A stretch of 63,677 nt of DNA, the filler included, from Craspedostauros australis (lineage: Eukaryota), in NCBI GenBank assembly GCA_030167865.1. It is 6 parts of 6 records of this genome, joined end to end, with 100 filler letters (N's around TTAATTAATTAA, not from the genome) between each part and the next. Parts side by side here need not be neighbours in the genome. Positions count along the whole stretch, not along the records: positions 61,924 to 63,677 come from JALAGF010002808.1; 5 more parts are not named here. One strand, 5' to 3'. The notes under the pieces were generated by a model. The model did not search any database and was not told the DNA's origin. It saw only the letters and a program-made list of their open reading frames with translations. Position numbers and translations under genes: made by a program. Below, one piece after another: positions 61,924-63,677 of the stretch (within the stretch, counting starts at the first letter, position 1; the number at the start of each line of letters is the position of its first letter).

Positions 61924-62235
61924 GAGCGTCTGATCATTCACAAGAGGACACGAGTGTCGGCACGGTATGGAACTGCGTTTCTGGGAATGCCAAACGCGTA
62001 GCCACTCCTCAGCCAGGTCATTCACCACGAAGCAAGCAACGACTGCTGTGGCGACATCATCATCCTCCTCCTCCAAAGAAGACAGTCAGAGCACCATCTC
62101 TCCAAGAGCGCGATTATTCGCACGAGTAGATAGTGATAGATAGAGACCCCCGCATCCTCGTACCTCCGTTCATGCCTCCATTCGTACCTGCACTCACTGC
62201 CAACAAGTCAATCACAAACAAACGAACCCGATGCG

Positions 62236-63677
62236 ATGGGACAGGATCGCACAGATGCGCAGTACATAGCGATGGGGGTCGCGATGACGACATCCAGCCT
62301 GCTCTCCATCGTGGGATCATCCTTGATCATCTACATGGCCAGGCGTGACCTATCCTTGGTCTACCATCGCATCCTCATTGTGATCTCTGTCACGGACATC
62401 ATCGCTGGTGCATTCAATGCGGTCCATCTCTTCCTTGTCCCGTCCGACCGCACGGACAGCCCCATCGCATTTGGAAACGACATGACGTGCACCATGCTCG
62501 GTTTCGCCCTCAACAGCGCCCCCATGATCATCACGCCATACAACACCTTCCTGGCCGTCAACTTTCTGCTGCAGATACGGTACCGATGGACGAATCGACA
62601 AATTGCGACGCAGATCGAGCCATACGTCTTCCTCCTCACGATTCTCATGGCCGTCTGCATTCCCAGCGTCGGGCTCCTCCAGAATTCATTCGCATTGAAC
62701 TACCTCAGCGGGTATTGCATCTTTGGCACATATTCGGAAACGTGTACTATGGAAGAAGTAGTGGTATTGCTTCAGGATGACATGCACAATGCTACGACTA
62801 CGACTACGACGATACAGCACTGCACACCCGACGCGCTGAGTCTCGATTTGCTCAGCATCATCGTTTCGTTCCTCGTCGGTATCATCGCGATGCTGGGTAT
62901 TGCCAGCACGTACGCGCTGTACAGCTCGGTCTATTCAACGTACACAGCCAATGCACGGTATGCGACGGATAATGAGCTGGTTGTCAGCAAATCCATGGCA
63001 ATGACGGTCGCAGACAGCGCGGAAGAGATTGCTGCACGGCGAAAGAGGAAACGAAGGCGATCGTTCATCACATCGAAGCTGCAACAGGAACGATTCAAGC
63101 AGATCACGCAACAGTGCATCCTGTACGGATTGTGAGTTTGGTCAGTGGGAGGGGAACGGGTCACTCCTGCCATGGTTGTGCTTCGTACGGGCATGGAGCA
63201 CTTGCGCGTGCAGCGTATCCTCTACAATGCTCTCGCTTTGATTTGATTTGATTTGAATAGATGTATCCATGTTGGTTATGTCCTTGGCGATCCATTTTGA
63301 GTCTCCATTCAGCGCACCGTGCTTCCGCTCATCTCTCTCCCTCCTTTGCCCCCCAACTCTACCAACACAACTTAACCGATNNNNNNNNNNNNNNNNNNNN
63401 NNNNNNNNNNNNNNNNNNNNNNNNNNNNNNNNNNNNNNNNNNNNNNNNNNNNNNNNNNNNNNNNCAAGACAAGTTGGGTTCGCCGGGGATCTTCCTGCTG
63501 GTCTTCCTCACGTGCGTCTTCATGCCGTTGCAGGGTGCATTCAATTTCATTGTTTTCATTTGGCCCAAGTACCAACGCGTGCACCAGCTGCTGCGGAAAC
63601 CCATGGGATCGCATGACATGATGATGCACTCTGTCGAATCGAATGGCGACTCCATTGTGGGAAGCAGCGAGATGCAG
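62236..63677 (+). CDS. GPCR-like 7TM protein, paralog of 13379-15488 (3' end beyond window)
   Basis: Exon 1 is 62236-63131 (SSLLSIVGSSLIIY, YHRILIVISVTD, GNDMTCTMLGF), donor GTGAGT at 63132; the acceptor probably lies in the N gap. 63465-63677 reads QDKLGSPGIFLLVFLTCVFMPLQGAFNFIVFIWPKY. Confidence 0.87.

Overview
Eukaryotic nuclear DNA, most likely from a diatom. The inference rests on GT-AG introns of about 125-335 bp, CoDi-like Ty1/Copia elements, a diatom-type 7TM receptor pair, an NTT-family transporter and an AAA_16/STAND-type NTPase. The window is not one contiguous locus: five artificial 100-bp linkers (44 N + TTAATTAATTAA + 44 N) join six contigs (1-19028, 19129-21146, 21247-27838, 27939-29812, 29913-61823, 61924-63677), so adjacency across linkers is not evidence. 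About 19 host genes or gene fragments can be modelled by hand. They include a type I membrane protein, a split RING-H2 protein, two GPCR-like genes, an alpha/beta-hydrolase with an in-frame TAA, and a Gfo/Idh/MocA + amidohydrolase + AKR7-like enzyme trio. Further along are a KA1-like protein, an NTT/TLC transporter, an LRR protein, a large WD40 protein, a sulfotransferase-like protein, a phosducin-like protein and a Cys-repeat protein. The most striking structure is a nested element at 36.6-44.7 kb. A full-length decayed Copia (LTRs 37557-37718 and 43233-43395, GCAGG target-site duplication) sits inside an unclassified 45-bp-TIR DNA element with an apparent 4-bp CTAT duplication. The Copia has a primer-binding site complementary to the anticodon arm of tRNA-Lys(CUU), implying half-tRNA priming, and a chromodomain-like module after integrase. 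All calls come from manual reading; no database searches were run.
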